The notes below the pieces were generated by a model that made no database searches, was not told where the DNA came from, and saw nothing but the letters and a program-made list of their open reading frames with translations. From Mizuhopecten yessoensis (lineage: Eukaryota), in NCBI RefSeq assembly GCF_002113885.1, contig NW_018408906.1, positions 718,890-782,889 of the forward strand: a stretch of 64,000 nucleotides of DNA. Direction: 5' to 3'. Positions 23,506-36,800 of this stretch are shown in pieces. A program made the translations under genes and the position numbers. Every line of letters begins with the position of its first letter. Position 1 is the first letter of the stretch.

Positions 23506-25765
23506 GTCATTTTTGAGTTGTAAGTGAACTTTGATAAATGAAAAAACAAATCAGGACCTGGAACTCACTTCAGCCACAGGTGTTGAGCAAATATTATATG
23601 ATATATATAATATACAATACTAATAATTGATATCTTATACATGTACTTATAGCATATAAAGGGTGTCATTCACCTTTTAATTCACTTAAAATTGAGAGAT
23701 ATTTGAAAAAGCCAAGCTTGAGATGTGTCCAGAAGCCATAACTCATAACAAAAGGAAAGTGTATAGTCAATATGCAATTTATGCAAGTCTACTTAAATGA
23801 GTGAAGTTGTAAATTTCAAGTCAAAATATTATTTAGAAAGGAAATTATTGAGGAAACAAATTACTTTTCAACTGAAAATGACCGAAAAGACCCCCCTGAC
23901 TTATTCCTTCGTTTTATATAAACAATCTTTAAGTGACGATTGAATTTCTGTCATTTTTCATTCTGTTACATATGCTTGTTTATTTATACATGTTTTCAAA
24001 AACAGAAATGGCATTATTTAGGTTTTTAAGCTCATTTTGAAAACAGCAAACTTTCGGTCATATTTGTTCATTTCATTTGAATAGACGTTATGAATCGTAA
24101 TATGGGCATAAGGTAAAGAAGTGGGACCTTGACTTTTATTTATGATACTAGACACTCAGTCTTGGTTAATTACAATAGCTCAATACAATGAAATAAACAT
24201 GAAATTTAATTAATTTCTGGTTCAAGTAAACATTAAATAATTTTTCTGATGATCATCAATTTTTAGATTTTTCGTCTTGAAATTTGGATCACACATTAGC
24301 GACTTGCGAAGTCGCTGATATGTGATCGATTTTTAGGGACTGAAATGTACATGTCTAAAATAGCATGTAAAATGCGGAATTATAACAGTTTCAACATAAC
24401 ATTACACACAACGTTTGTTTACATCAAGGACATCACAAACATACCAAAGGGAGACGTATACAACGTAAATTATTTTTTTTATCTTATTAAAGTTATTTTA
24501 GTCCTAAAATGTTGATCACATATAAGCGTCTTGTAATATGGGCATAAGGTAAAGAAGTGGGACCTTGACGTTACTTATTTATGATACTAAATACTCAGTC
24601 TTGGTTAATTATGCTCGTGCCCCACCCCACACATTATAATAAATATTTTCATATCCCTCTTTAAAGGTCGTTTTCGATTTCCTTCTTACCTGCCAACTGG
24701 TAAATTTGACTTTTTGATCATATATTTCTGTTTACTATATTAATGCACGGAAGTAATGTCGTTTCTCGACTGTTAGTGAGTGCAATTGGTTGTCTGAGAC
24801 CCGGGTCACATAACAAACAACGTATATATACCTCCCTTTTAGAACATAAACACTTGCAATAAGTACTCTTTTATAATAAAGAAAATTATTTGTATATATT
24901 CCTTTCTGGTAAAGAAGATAATACTGTAAAGGTTTTTCATAAATCATACATTATAAGCCTTCTTGGCCCCTTTTTATCGCCCTCCCACGACACATAAAAA
25001 CTAATGTGTGAAATCTATACGAAGTTACAGCGACTGGCGTAGATGGGCTTCTTCAACAACATCACCATCATCATCATCATCATCATCATCAATCATCATC
25101 ACTAGCGGTTCATTCTTTCTTAGTCGTTAGACGAGAAAAACTGTTGGTAAGTGTGTTAAGAAATTGTTTGCATTGAACTCATGTACGACGTAATAATAAT
25201 AATAATATACAACATTTATATAGCGCCCTGTATAATTTGTAAAATTACTCTAAAGCGCTTTACAACATATGGATAATAGTAATGGTTATAATTGTGAGGG
25301 CGGGGTAGGGGGGTCGCAGTTGAGCGGTACGGCTGAAATAGCGCTTTATTCTCAGCCATGTTCTCTATTACACGCGTCACGACTCGAATAGGAGTTACGT
25401 CCCTTTGTACACTCGGTAATGCTTGTATGCTAGTTATTACTCAGCTTGTTATTTTAAATGTGTATTTGAGTCAGACCATTCATTGTTACTCTGTTAATTA
25501 ACAGCTATTTGAGAGAGATTACTCATTGTAATAGACCATACTAGTTAGTAGCTAACTAACGCGATCATTATTACTTAATTGTCACATCTCCACGTAGATA
25601 ATTTAGAGCAAGGCAGTTCGGTCATATGCTATGTAGTTTTCTCTATGTAATGATCAATGTTCATCATGATAATAGTTCTAGATACTGTCATATCTCTATA
25701 TGTTTGTAGTTGGGAATTAGTTAAGATAACACTCACTGTGCACTCTGCCAAAAGTTCCGATTTTA

Positions 25766-28173
25766 TTAAGGAAGACATCTCCCGCCAGATATGTTACGAT
25801 AAACCAAAATAGGGAAGGTAGATCAAGAACAAACACATACAAATGTTATATATATTTTATTGACAAAAAAAATCAGATTATGTGAACAACATATAGCTTA
25901 TAAAAAGTAAGCAATAAGTGTCATCATTACGTCACGAGAACTGTTTTGACAAAGAACCTAATTGAAATGAAAAAAATATACCAAAAGTCAAAATAGATAT
26001 ATCAAATTATATATTTATACAACTAAATTTGAATTTAATACTATTTTGATGCATTTCAATCGCTCAAAAAGAACAGATTTTGTACAAACAAACAGATATT
26101 TTTCTATAAAATGTTCACTTCCGCATGCATCCAACTTAACCTTCAAAGCCAAGGATAGAATGTACGAATAGTGTCCCTTTTGATACTTCGTTTAATAATA
26201 TCAAAGTCAATAGTGCAATGTCAAACTTTGAAAGAACTACAGACTTATGTTCAAATTATACGTCTTTTTTTTTACTTTGTGAAAACATCAGTTCGGCGAT
26301 TTTCATTCTGGGGCGGTTCCGGGTCCGACAGCCCCCGCATTCAACATGTTGCATCTCATTTGTCGCTAGCGAGATCGACTTCTCATAAGGTTTTTGTGAA
26401 CTGAAATGAAAAAGGAAAAGAAAAATACCAGATTAAATCCATGCGTTACACATCTATTACATGTAGAAATAATACGCTGTAATATTTTAAAAGTAAATCT
26501 TCGGAGAACAAACGAAAATTTGAGAAGAATTGAAATCAGCTCATAATAACTACTAAACGCTTTCATGTATCTTGAATTCATGTATGTGAAATTACCTAAT
26601 TTAAGTTTACCTCGATTTATTGCCTCCATGTCTCTGGCATACCGTCACCATATCCCCAATCTTCACAGTCGGCATACAACCGGAGGTACGGGTTGTAATG
26701 TTCCTCCTCCTCATTCACACACTTCTGCTCCTCATCTGTCTCATTCTGTTCCTCCTCCTCATTCACCCACTTCTGCTTCTCATCTGTCTCATTCTGCTCC
26801 TCCTCATTCACCCATTTCTGCTCCTCATCTATTTCATTCTGTTCCCTCTCCCAGATGTCAGGCAATCTGCTTTGTTTCTCGTCGTTTGTATCGTTCAGTC
26901 CGACCTTAAATGAAAGAAAAAAAATACGTTACTAAATAGCAGATTTAACTTTTAGTGCGGACATAAGAAAAAGACAATGATAAGTTTATTTTATCGGAAA
27001 AACAAAATATAGTATCGAGATAATTATGACATTTTTATTTCCGTGTTAGCGGATTGATTTAAAGGATTTCATTATGCTTATTAAGATTGACATTTTGTGT
27101 AGTATAAACATTACCCTGTCCTCCAACATGAAAGTGACCCACAAGTTCAATCCATTTGGCCGTGTCCCCCTCAAAAATCCGTACACATCACTTGGCCATC
27201 CTTCCAATACGTCAAGAATCTGATATAAAATACAAAGTAGCTATAATCAAACACTCAGTTAGGGGGACCTTTTCATCTTAACCACGCATCAGATAAATTC
27301 AATGTAGAAATAATTTGTGCATGTGTATTTGAAATAAAATTATAACTTTAAATTAAGACATCGTATGCCTGGTTCTTAAAATTAACAAGAGAAGTTCACC
27401 GCAAAATCAGGAAAATTATTTTACTAATTAATTTATCTCTATTCTATTCAAATTAAAATAGTCTTTCAAATTTCTCCACCATATAGAGAAGAAACATTCT
27501 AATTCCAAAAAAAATATCTTACCTGGTTGTTATTGTTGTTGTCCATGGTGCTTTAAATACTCGTCTATGGTTTTATCCTGAGAAAATACGTGTCGTTTTG
27601 TTTTAGCTAGCCGCTTGTTGTGAAGGGGATATTGAACAATTGACGTTACGTCATAATATTGCCACACAGAGTTATGTCCCTGTATAGAGTATGAGGTGCA
27701 GTTACCTGCCCATTTATAATCCCGTCGTAACTTTCCGGCCAACTCCATGAAAGTGCGGAATCATCTTTTGTGCTTTGACGGACTTGGTTGAGATGATGTG
27801 ATTGTTTCGAATTCTGCGTAAATAGTTTGTTATATAAAACAAAACTCATCAGACATGTGGGATTTATCTATATGAAAAACAGGATTTGTCAAAAAACCTA
27901 AATATATCAAACGATTCCTTTATATATTTCCCTCTGTATATCGTCAAACCATTTTGCAATTATTATTAGACTCTGGTGGCAGCATAACAAGGTGTTTATA
28001 TGCCTGGGCGAAATCAGCTTTTTAGAAGGCTTTGAGCGCCGGGGCGCGACGCGCTAATGAGTAGTACAGTGTAATGGTATTTTGGGAGCGCTCTCCAATG
28101 GGGCGCGTTCTGCGAAGGAAATGGTATTTGGGAAGTGCGCTCCTGTGTATCGCTTTATTTCTCAACTTCCTTC
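25766..28173 (-). mobile_element. 2.4-kb transposase-less element carrying a spliced gene (right copy)
   Basis: Reverse complement of 11933-14156. Its own ends on the + strand are TTAA-GGAAG (25766-25774) and CTTCC-TTCA (28166-28174), i.e. a 5-bp mini-TIR in a TTAA-like context. Confidence 0.75.
26617..27546 (-). CDS. Small acidic protein of unknown function, 138 aa, 3 coding exons (right copy)
   Basis: complement(join(26617..26904,27115..27219,27523..27546)): MDNNNNNQ-ILDVLEGWPSDVYGFLRGTRPNGLNLWVTFMLEDR-VGLNDTNDEKQSRLPDIWERE(QNExDExQKxVNEEE[E])x3-HYNPYLRLYADCEDWGYGDGMPETWRQ*. Confidence 0.7.
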
Positions 28174-28720
28174 AAGGTGTTTACAGGTGTCTCCGTGTCC
28201 GAGTCATCTGAATCTTCATCTTTAGCACAATGTACACGAAGACGGAGTCGCCTATAAAATCTCTCCATATCCTGAATTAATACCGCATTGTTGGGATTTC
28301 TGGGGGTAGGACAGAAATTGAGACCTTTAGAGAGGAGCGAGTTCTCTTGTTCTGAAAGGTTGTGGCCGGAAAGGTTTACTACTGTGTTGTTGACTGCTTT
28401 GTTAGTAGATTTATGTTTGGTGCGCCGTCTCCTCTTACGGGGTTTACGATTAGTGGGAGTCGCGTTGGAATTTCTTTGTTCGTTTCTCATGCAGAGAGGC
28501 ACGTCTTTTGTTCTCGAAGTGTTTTATCTTTTGTAGGAGTGTCGTTGTTTCATTTTCCGATGTTGTGGACTTTAAGTTATTAAGACCTGACGCCAGCTTC
28601 TTACGTGCAATACTGAGTTTCTTGTTACATACTCCCTGTAGCAGTGCAAAAATGATTCATCCGACAGACAGGCACTGTCTCCTCAAAGCGATTAGTGGCC
28701 GACTTTGACATAGAGCCAAT
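28174..28720 (-). mobile_element. Penelope-like retroelement, N-terminal fragment truncated at the right-copy element
   Basis: Basic KPRKRRRRTK then VVNLSGHNLSEQENSLLSKGLNFCPTP...DMERFYRRLRLR, the motif that precedes the RT in Penelope-like ORFs. Confidence 0.8.
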
Positions 28721-30419
28721 AGAGCCAATATAAGGCGAGCACTTAGATTTTAAGCCTTTGTGTACAATATCTGCCTGCAGTTACGAGCAATGATACTTTT
28801 AATATTTTAAATTACACCAGGTTGCTGTTCACCACTGGATGTCGGAATACTAAGGGGTCGGCATAGAAAGTTTTCATTTTATGCAATTAATTTAGTGTGT
28901 GTTGAATACCTCAGTGACATGTACAGTCCTCGACACGTGTCCATATCCAAAATTACTCCAACCAGTTTATCCTCCCATAATGCAGTAATGTAATGTACTC
29001 CCCTATATATTTTACCCCCAACAACACTTTACAATCCTTTTGCATCTCTTTCCCTTCTTCCTCCTCCATCCTCTTCTCTCCTATATACTTATATCTATAT
29101 GCAAAATATTCGTCAGTGCCGTCCAATCGCTGTTTTACAAAAAAGGAGACGGATTAACATAAGTACTTTGTACTTGTTTTCGAATCCTATATGTATATCA
29201 TGTTTGCATTACTGGAAATTTATATTGATAATAAAATAAAGTTTAAACTAATATTTCGTTTAGTATTTTACTACATGGCTGGTTCATTAAATTTGTTTCA
29301 AGACTAACTCAATTCATCACCCCATGAAATCGACCAAAGCAAGATTCAAGTATAATTTGAGCGCGCTTTCTCTCTCTCGGGCTTCAATCAAAACTCCCGG
29401 ATTATTTTGGTATATGCATGTAACTTTGCGGACTTAATCAATCTGTGCTTTATAACGAACATTTCATGGTTAAGATATCAAAAGTCATACTAATGCGACT
29501 ACAGTTATTTGATCACATGTTCTTTTACTTCTTAACCTTTACCTTCAAGTTCAACTCGGTCTTTGTCTAAATCGGCTGTACTTGTCATATTTAAATCGTG
29601 CGTCAAACCTGAAACGCAATGACGTCAAAGTTATGTTCCACTATTGTGACGTCAAAGTCATGTTCCACTATTGTGCGTCGATATATTTTACAACCAATTC
29701 GTTCAGTGTTGATGTAATTTTTTACATTTGTGCAATTATCAACCTTTTTGTATTTCTAATTTGATGTAATCGTTCCCGTAAATGTATATTTGTACAGTGT
29801 TGTTTGGCCCTATACGACTGGCATTGCCAATGGTCCGTGAAACAATACAAAAATCTAAAGACAAAATAAAAGCAAATCTGTTAATATTTTGTCGTTGTTG
29901 TCTACAAATAACTATGTATGTGCTATTGCTAGACATCCTTGAACTCCCACTAACAGTATTTTCCTCCGATTTATCTATTATTAAAATAATATGTTACTTG
30001 AATATAATTTGAATATGTAATTTGTATTTGGAATTACAGTAAGTGACGAAATATTTTATCACCGCTGTTTCTTTTTTTGTTTTGTACTTTTTTATATTTT
30101 TTTCCATAAAAATGCAAATATATCATGCATAAACATTATTCCTCTCACACATTACAATTCATTCATTAAATATTCATTTATAATAAACTGCATATTTCCA
30201 GGTATAATTAATTATGTTTATGCATAATTAAATTACAGCTAAATTATGTCTGTTATATAAAAGCATTGTTTAGAAGTGATAGAAAGGTCCTAGAGGTATA
30301 ATAGGGAATGTAAGACTAAGAGAGAGAAGAAAAAAATGAGGGGGNNNNNNNNNNNNNNNNNNNNNNNNNNNNNNNNNNTCGATAGTTATATGTTCATATT
30401 TTGGCAAAGACAGGGTTTA

Positions 30420-31455
30420 AACAATATTAATTAGACTTTTCCATTTTTTCCATTCATTATTGAATTTCAATAAAAAAATCATTCACTTTTATTAACAGCA
30501 ATATATCTCTGAGTAAAATATGTGTCCTTGATAAGGTTCTTAAGTGCAGCTACTGACAATGACATTTGTAAACATCTCGATTTATAAATATGTTGTTTTA
30601 TAAGTAAAATGATGGTATTATCTACCCTACTACTGATACTATTTTGATTAAATAAACCGAAAATGAAGGTTTCCTTGTTAAAACCAAATGGGATTAACAA
30701 TGCATCAAGAAGGAACTCAAAATTTTGTAAAAAATCTTGTACTTTCTCACATCCCCATAGTGTGTGAATTATTGTCTCTATTTCAGTCTTACATTGAAAA
30801 CAAAGAGCACTATCGGTAACAGCTGCTTTAACTAGATAAGAGTTTGTTGATTTATTCTGTATTGAAGCCATTGTAATTTTGAATTTCTAGTTACTGTAAA
30901 AGGAATCATATATATCAATTTCCATGCGTCATCATCGAATTCAAACAATTCATTCCTTTTGTTTTTCCCAGTGGATATGGTACTATTTTGGCACAACAAC
31001 TTATACAAATCTTGAGTTCCTTTTTTATGCCTCATAAATATTTCTAAATTTAAGGGTATGTATGGATAACTAATCAAAGTATTTAAAGTATCATCATTGG
31101 ACATGTAGGTTTTTTTTTATATAATATTAATAATACCTTAATATGTAAGAAAGTTAGTTTTTACATCAAATTTTTGTGAAAATTCTATAAAACTATAGAA
31201 AATACCAGAGTTATTATCAAGTTTATTATTATTAAGTCATTTATAATTATAACACCCTTTTCAAACCATTGCTTATAAAATAAACATTTGGCTCCTACTG
31301 TAAAATATTTGTTATACCAAATAGGCATTTTCAATCTACTTTTCATTTCTCTTATACAATCTTCTTTATCAGCTATTTTTCTCCATGATTGGAACACATC
31401 TTTCCATGGAGCTATTAATTTTCTCGTATGGAGAACTACACAAGTTGCTTTATCC
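30420..31455 (-). mobile_element. L1/Tx1-type LINE 3' fragment (C-terminal zinc-finger region), frameshifted
   Basis: MPIWYNKYF...LFYKQWFEKGVIIINDL; WKLIYMIPFTVTRNSKLQWLQYRI; CFQCKTEIETIIHTLWGCEKVQDF. Confidence 0.85.
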
Positions 31456-32369
31456 TTCGTTTCTTTTTTGTGAACTCTCTAGATCCTGTTTAGTCTGTAA
31501 GAGTTATATGTACATGTACAAAATAGAACAGATGGGAATAAAACAAGAAAATTAGAAAACAGTTTTCCAACGAATTCGGGAAGAACCGCACTTTTAAATA
31601 GAAGTGTTGCACTCGTCACCATTTCCTGACAGAATAACTTGATCAAGCTGTAGTCTTTGTGTGAAAAAGTCAGTTGTCCAAACAACAAAGTCACAATATT
31701 CTGCATTTGATAACAGAAGCTGACATTGCACTTGGTAAAAATACGCATGGTTACGCTTTTTAAAAAAACAAATAAAGGCAACTTTGTATTACTAACATGT
31801 ATACCAGAGTTATCGTTCCTGTTCCATTTCTTTGTGTTCGACACATAGAGTTATCTCCCCTTCCCACTGTTGGACGAAGTTAGCGACTGCACGAATCCGA
31901 AGTTTTCAAGACACTTTTTTTTATTTACTAAGCTGCAAAATCAAGGTAAACTATTGTTTGTCGACTGTTTTCAGCACGCATTATAAAGCGATCTTATTAG
32001 ACATAAGTTCACAATTCTTGCGTGACATGATCACGGATTTAGAAAGTATTCCGTGGCAGGATTTAAAATTACGGTCCCCTTCTACAGTACAGTAGCTATG
32101 CAGGCCTCCGACCACAATTGATTTTACTATATATATATATATATAACAGTTAACTACCAAAAGAAAAATGAAATTGAAACATTTAAAAATTTTCGCAGGG
32201 TCTGGTTCTTATTTCATATTGTAGGTCTATTCAAACTGAGCATCCATGCAGTGAGCTGGAAAGTATCGATACCTCATGACCGGCATTGACCGGCATTTAA
32301 CTTAAGAAATTACATTTTCGGGGCAATAGGGACTAACTTCGCTGTGAATTGAGTGTGTGACCCATCTGA

Positions 32370-33725
32370 GTGCTGAGGGGTAGCGCCCAACATATGGGAA
32401 TTTGAAGTTTAAACCTTTGAAATCCTTTTTCTTCTGTACCGTTGGAGGTAATTTATCCAAATTTGGCCTGGAACATCCTTAGGCAAAGGGGACTCAATTT
32501 TGTATAAATGCCAACAGATGATGTGTTTCCTCTGGGTGTTCAAATCAAATCAAAAGTTTTATTTAACGTCGATATGGTTAAAAAACAATACAACATTAGC
32601 TCGAATGAGCTATTAAAACCGTCACATAAAATGACATGCACAGTTACACAATAAATATTTGGCAAGAAACATATTAAAAGATGAGCACTATCTAATAGAG
32701 AGGTGACATAAGTAGAGGTAAGCTTTAGCTAAAACATGTATAACTGTATTGTGAGCCGATGTGTTTTGTCTGCATGTGTTGCATTTGCATTTTGGCCCAT
32801 ACCAGTTGTTTATTAGTGTCTTAAATTGTGTTAGTGTAGTTGTTGTTCTGAAGTGGTGTGGTAGGGCAGTCCATATTTTAGGTGCTTCAGATCGAATTGA
32901 GTGTTTACCATACTTTGTACTTGTAGTCCTAACATGTGGTATATCTGCTGTGTTGTGATATCTGAATGTGTATGATTTTTCTGTGATGTTGATAAGGTTG
33001 TGTAGGTATGTTGGTGTCTGTTTATTTGTGATTTTAAGTACTTCTATTGCAAAACTTCTGAGTCGTCTGATTTTGAATGAAGGTAATTTTGAACGGGCTA
33101 GTAAATTTTCATATGTATTTTTGTGTTCATCGTAAATATAATTTAAAGCCCTTTCTTGGGTTTTTTCTATTTTGTGTGTTTGTCTCACCCCAAAAGTGCC
33201 ATGTAAGTGGACAGAAATTAAAATTTGAGAGAATAAATGAATGGTATATTGTAAGTTTGCCTAATCTGTTGAGGGGCAGGGTCCAATAGGAGAATTTGAG
33301 GTTTAAATCTTTAAAATCTTTTTCCTTCTGTACCATTGGAGGTGTTTTATATAAATTTGGCATAGGGCATCCTTGGCTAAAGGGGACTGAATGATTGATA
33401 AACTGAAAATGTGGCTCCTCTGGGCGCAGAGAGATGGTGCCCAAAAGGGAAATTTAAGGTTTATATATTTTAAATCCTTCTTATGTACCTACCACTGGAG
33501 GGATATTAACCAAATTTGGCCTGGGGCATCCTTGGGCAAAGGGGATCTCATTGTTGTGTAAACAGAGGGTACGGCCCCATCTTGATGCAGAGGGGCAGCT
33601 GGGCCCAATTGGGAAATTTGAGGATTAAATTTTAAAATCCTTCTTCTGTTGTACCATTGGAGTTAATTTATCCAAATTTGGCCTGGACTATCATTGGGCA
33701 ATGGGGACTCAATTTTGTATAAAAT
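32370..33725. repeat. ~160-bp satellite units (HINE-type internal repeat) interrupted by a LINE fragment
   Basis: aaatccttcttctgtaccattggagg..atccaaatttggcctgg.gcatccttgggcaaaggggactc units at 32370-32510 and 33270-33725; related units at 40300-40670 and 42800-43015. Confidence 0.7.
32540..33270 (-). mobile_element. CR1/L2-group LINE 3' fragment
   Basis: KLTIYHSFILSNFNFCPLTWHF..., KIEKTQERAL...LPSFKIRRLR...YGKHSIRSEAPKIWTALP, followed by a (TTTGA)n tail at ~32540-32555. Confidence 0.85.
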
Positions 33726-33812
33726 ACATTGATAAATATTTAAAACTTGTGTTTTTCAATATATAAATACAAATCCAGGCCTGTTTTTTCTTTTTGTCCC
33801 CTACAGTTCATC

Positions 33813-36800
33813 ATGGATTGTGGATATGATCACGAGCCTGAACCAGACCCAATGTTTGAAGGTGACACAGCCCTTGGATCCATTGACGAGGTGTCAGGAT
33901 TCCTAAACCAACTTGTAGATCAGTCCATCACAGATCTTATCAAACAGGATATCACTCGCGGTGAGTTTCAGGATGAAGAGTTGCCATTACCAGGTCTTAA
34001 AGAAAAGAAAATGAAACAAAAAGAAGAAGAATTTGCTACATCAAAGTCACTGCCATGCCTGAATTTGAAGCAAATGGATGGCATTCCCAAAAGTACAAGC
34101 ACACCCATGCAGAAGACCAGTTCTCTACCTAGTGTGAGACAGATTAAGCCATCTCCAGTAAGGGTGGACAACTGGGATATGCGGAGAAATACATTGATAA
34201 GGCAGTATCAGAAGGCTATGATTGACTCCCATGTTTACCACATGCCGTCGGTGATCCAAGGAAAACCAGAAACAGGATCTAGACCAGTAACTCTATCTGA
34301 TTTAGCTGTTCCGCAGAGTCCAGCAAAGATTCCTCAAGTGATCAGCAGTGGTACCAATGTAATTGCTCAGGACAACAATATGGATGATAATATAGAGGAG
34401 ATGATTGGGGAATTTGTCAGTGAATCACTATTATCTATTACCAATGAAAAGGCTGACCAGGGGAATGAGATGCAAGAAAACAGCTTGGATGATCAAGTTG
34501 ATGATTTCATTGCCACTTCCCTGAGCTCGATTGTGAGTAACACAGAATCTCTACAGGCAGAGAGAGAGATGGAGAAAGAAATCCACGAAGATGAGGAAGG
34601 TCATTCTGTGAAGCTTACAGCAACCTCTGTTGTCAGCAAGGCTGAGAGAGAGATGGAGAAAGAAATCCATGAAGATGAGGAAGGTCATTCTCTGAAGCTT
34701 ACAGCAACCTTTGTTGTCAGCAAAGCTGAGAGAGAGATGGAGAAAGAAATCCATGAAGATGAGGAAGGTCATTCTCTGAAGCTAAATACAGCAACCTCTG
34801 TTGTCAGCGAGGCTGAGAGAGAGATGGAGGAAAAACTCAATGATACAGAAAGTCATTCTGTTAAACGTGCACCAACTTCCCTTGAGAGTGTGGCAGAGAA
34901 AGGTGTTGCTGGCCTCAGCTCGACTACTTTAGGTAAGCACACATAAACAGATCATACAGTATTTCAATCATGAATCCATGAATACATCATCCATTTTATG
35001 GTGTTAAGGTGTGACACTTTAATCGGTATGTCACTGATCAAATCCCATAATCTATTGTTATTACAATGTATATATATATTGAACCAGACTGTTTAGATGA
35101 ACCGAAAGTAATCAGTTGGTAAGGGAATTATAATATTGTTAAATAGTGTTAGAAAATATTATTATGTATGCTGTGATTGAACTCAATGTTGTGGCGATAT
35201 TCGGCTGCATGTTCTGATTTCTTATGCAAATTAGGTTTCTTGCGATATTGCCTGAATATTGCCAGAATTTTATGGCACATAAGCGGCGATATCGCCACAG
35301 CTTTATGGTGATAATGTGGCACACTATATGCAATGCCCCGAAAGCCCTTCTGGAGCACTTGTGGCATTGTGACACGACCACTATGCATGTCTTCGCTAGC
35401 AAGATTGGAATTCCCACAATCAGAAATATATTACAATATTGCAACAGGGTTATGGAGTATAGTTATTAGATAATAATTAATAGATTATATTGATCGGATT
35501 TGTTAAAAAGTTCAACGGACATATATATTTAAAGGTTATTTCATAGTGTCTCAGGTTCCTGAATTGTAATGATCAATAATGTTAATAAGCCCGAAGCTCT
35601 TTAATGGTAATTTACACATGCGTGCGTAAACTGAGTTGCTTCCCCTTGCTACACATCGTCGGGAAGTAGCCGTTCAGTGGGGAAACCGGAAGTGTATCCT
35701 TGAAGAAAAGACAATTGTGTTTAAATTTCATCATTCTTGCTAGGGAAAATTAACTAACAGAATATAAACATATACAGAAAAGTTGTTATATTATTTCTAC
35801 ACTTTCCGATTTAGATAAAAACTAATATACATTCTAAGTGTAAAAAGTCCATCACATAAAATGTGATACTAACATGCGTGCCACTTCGTTTAGAGATTAT
35901 CATACTATGACGTTGCAAACACGTCATTCTCCATCGGCCTTCATCGGTTATTTCCGGAAGGATGAAAAATAACCGGAAAATCTTGGAACTGATGTCCGTT
36001 GTATTATCTCTTTGTCGGTGTTTCAGGACTTTTTTATTTGTTTTTGCCACAGGCACATACAAGTAAAAATGCTGATATTTTGCTTAAGAATCTTTTTATC
36101 ATCAGCCAAGTTCTATAAATATTTCTACCGGGGTAATCCTAAAAAAGAGCCAGCATTAAACCAATAGGTCTATGTGTTCATTGACTTTTTCATCGTCTCA
36201 AATCATCAGCTTTTGATTTCTATTTGTTGAAAATAAGAACGAAATAATTAACCCTTTTAAAAGTCTTGTTAAAGTCTTAACACAATTCATCTATGCATCA
36301 CCACTCATAAAAAAAACAATAAATAATACATATATGTCGAAATCAACAATGATTTTCCAGATCACCAACCTGAGTTTAACAACTTATTACTTTGACTGTA
36401 ACAAAATTGAAATTCAACCTGGTGTTTGTGGATGGGACAGGAATTGAGACAACATTTCGATATAACGACAATCTCAGTTACATCAAAGTATAAAAATGTT
36501 CCCTATTTTTTTTTTTTTTTTAACTTATATTTTATTCATTCACTTAGATTAATCGTCAAATATCTAGTATGATTTTTTTTCTATAGCAATTACCAAACAG
36601 TTTTTTCCCCAACTTATCTCAATCAATCTTTTATGCCCTGAAAGAAGCACACAAGGTTTTAATTCTTAATGTGGAAGGAAGCCGAAATAACAGGAGAAAA
36701 CCCCATGTAGTCAGGCAGGTGACCTGGATCGAATCCGACCATCTTGGTAAAGACGAGCGCGCTATATATCCACTGTGCACCCGGCCCACCATATAAGAAC

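Noticed and set aside
26565-26913. Plus-strand Pro/His/Ser- and Leu-rich ORFs (and 13167-13412 on minus)
   Set aside because: Antisense shadows of the Glu-rich exon.
11933-28173. Maverick/Polinton assignment
   Set aside because: No AG...CT simple-repeat termini, no 6-bp TSD, and no recognisable pPolB, integrase, ATPase or capsid genes.
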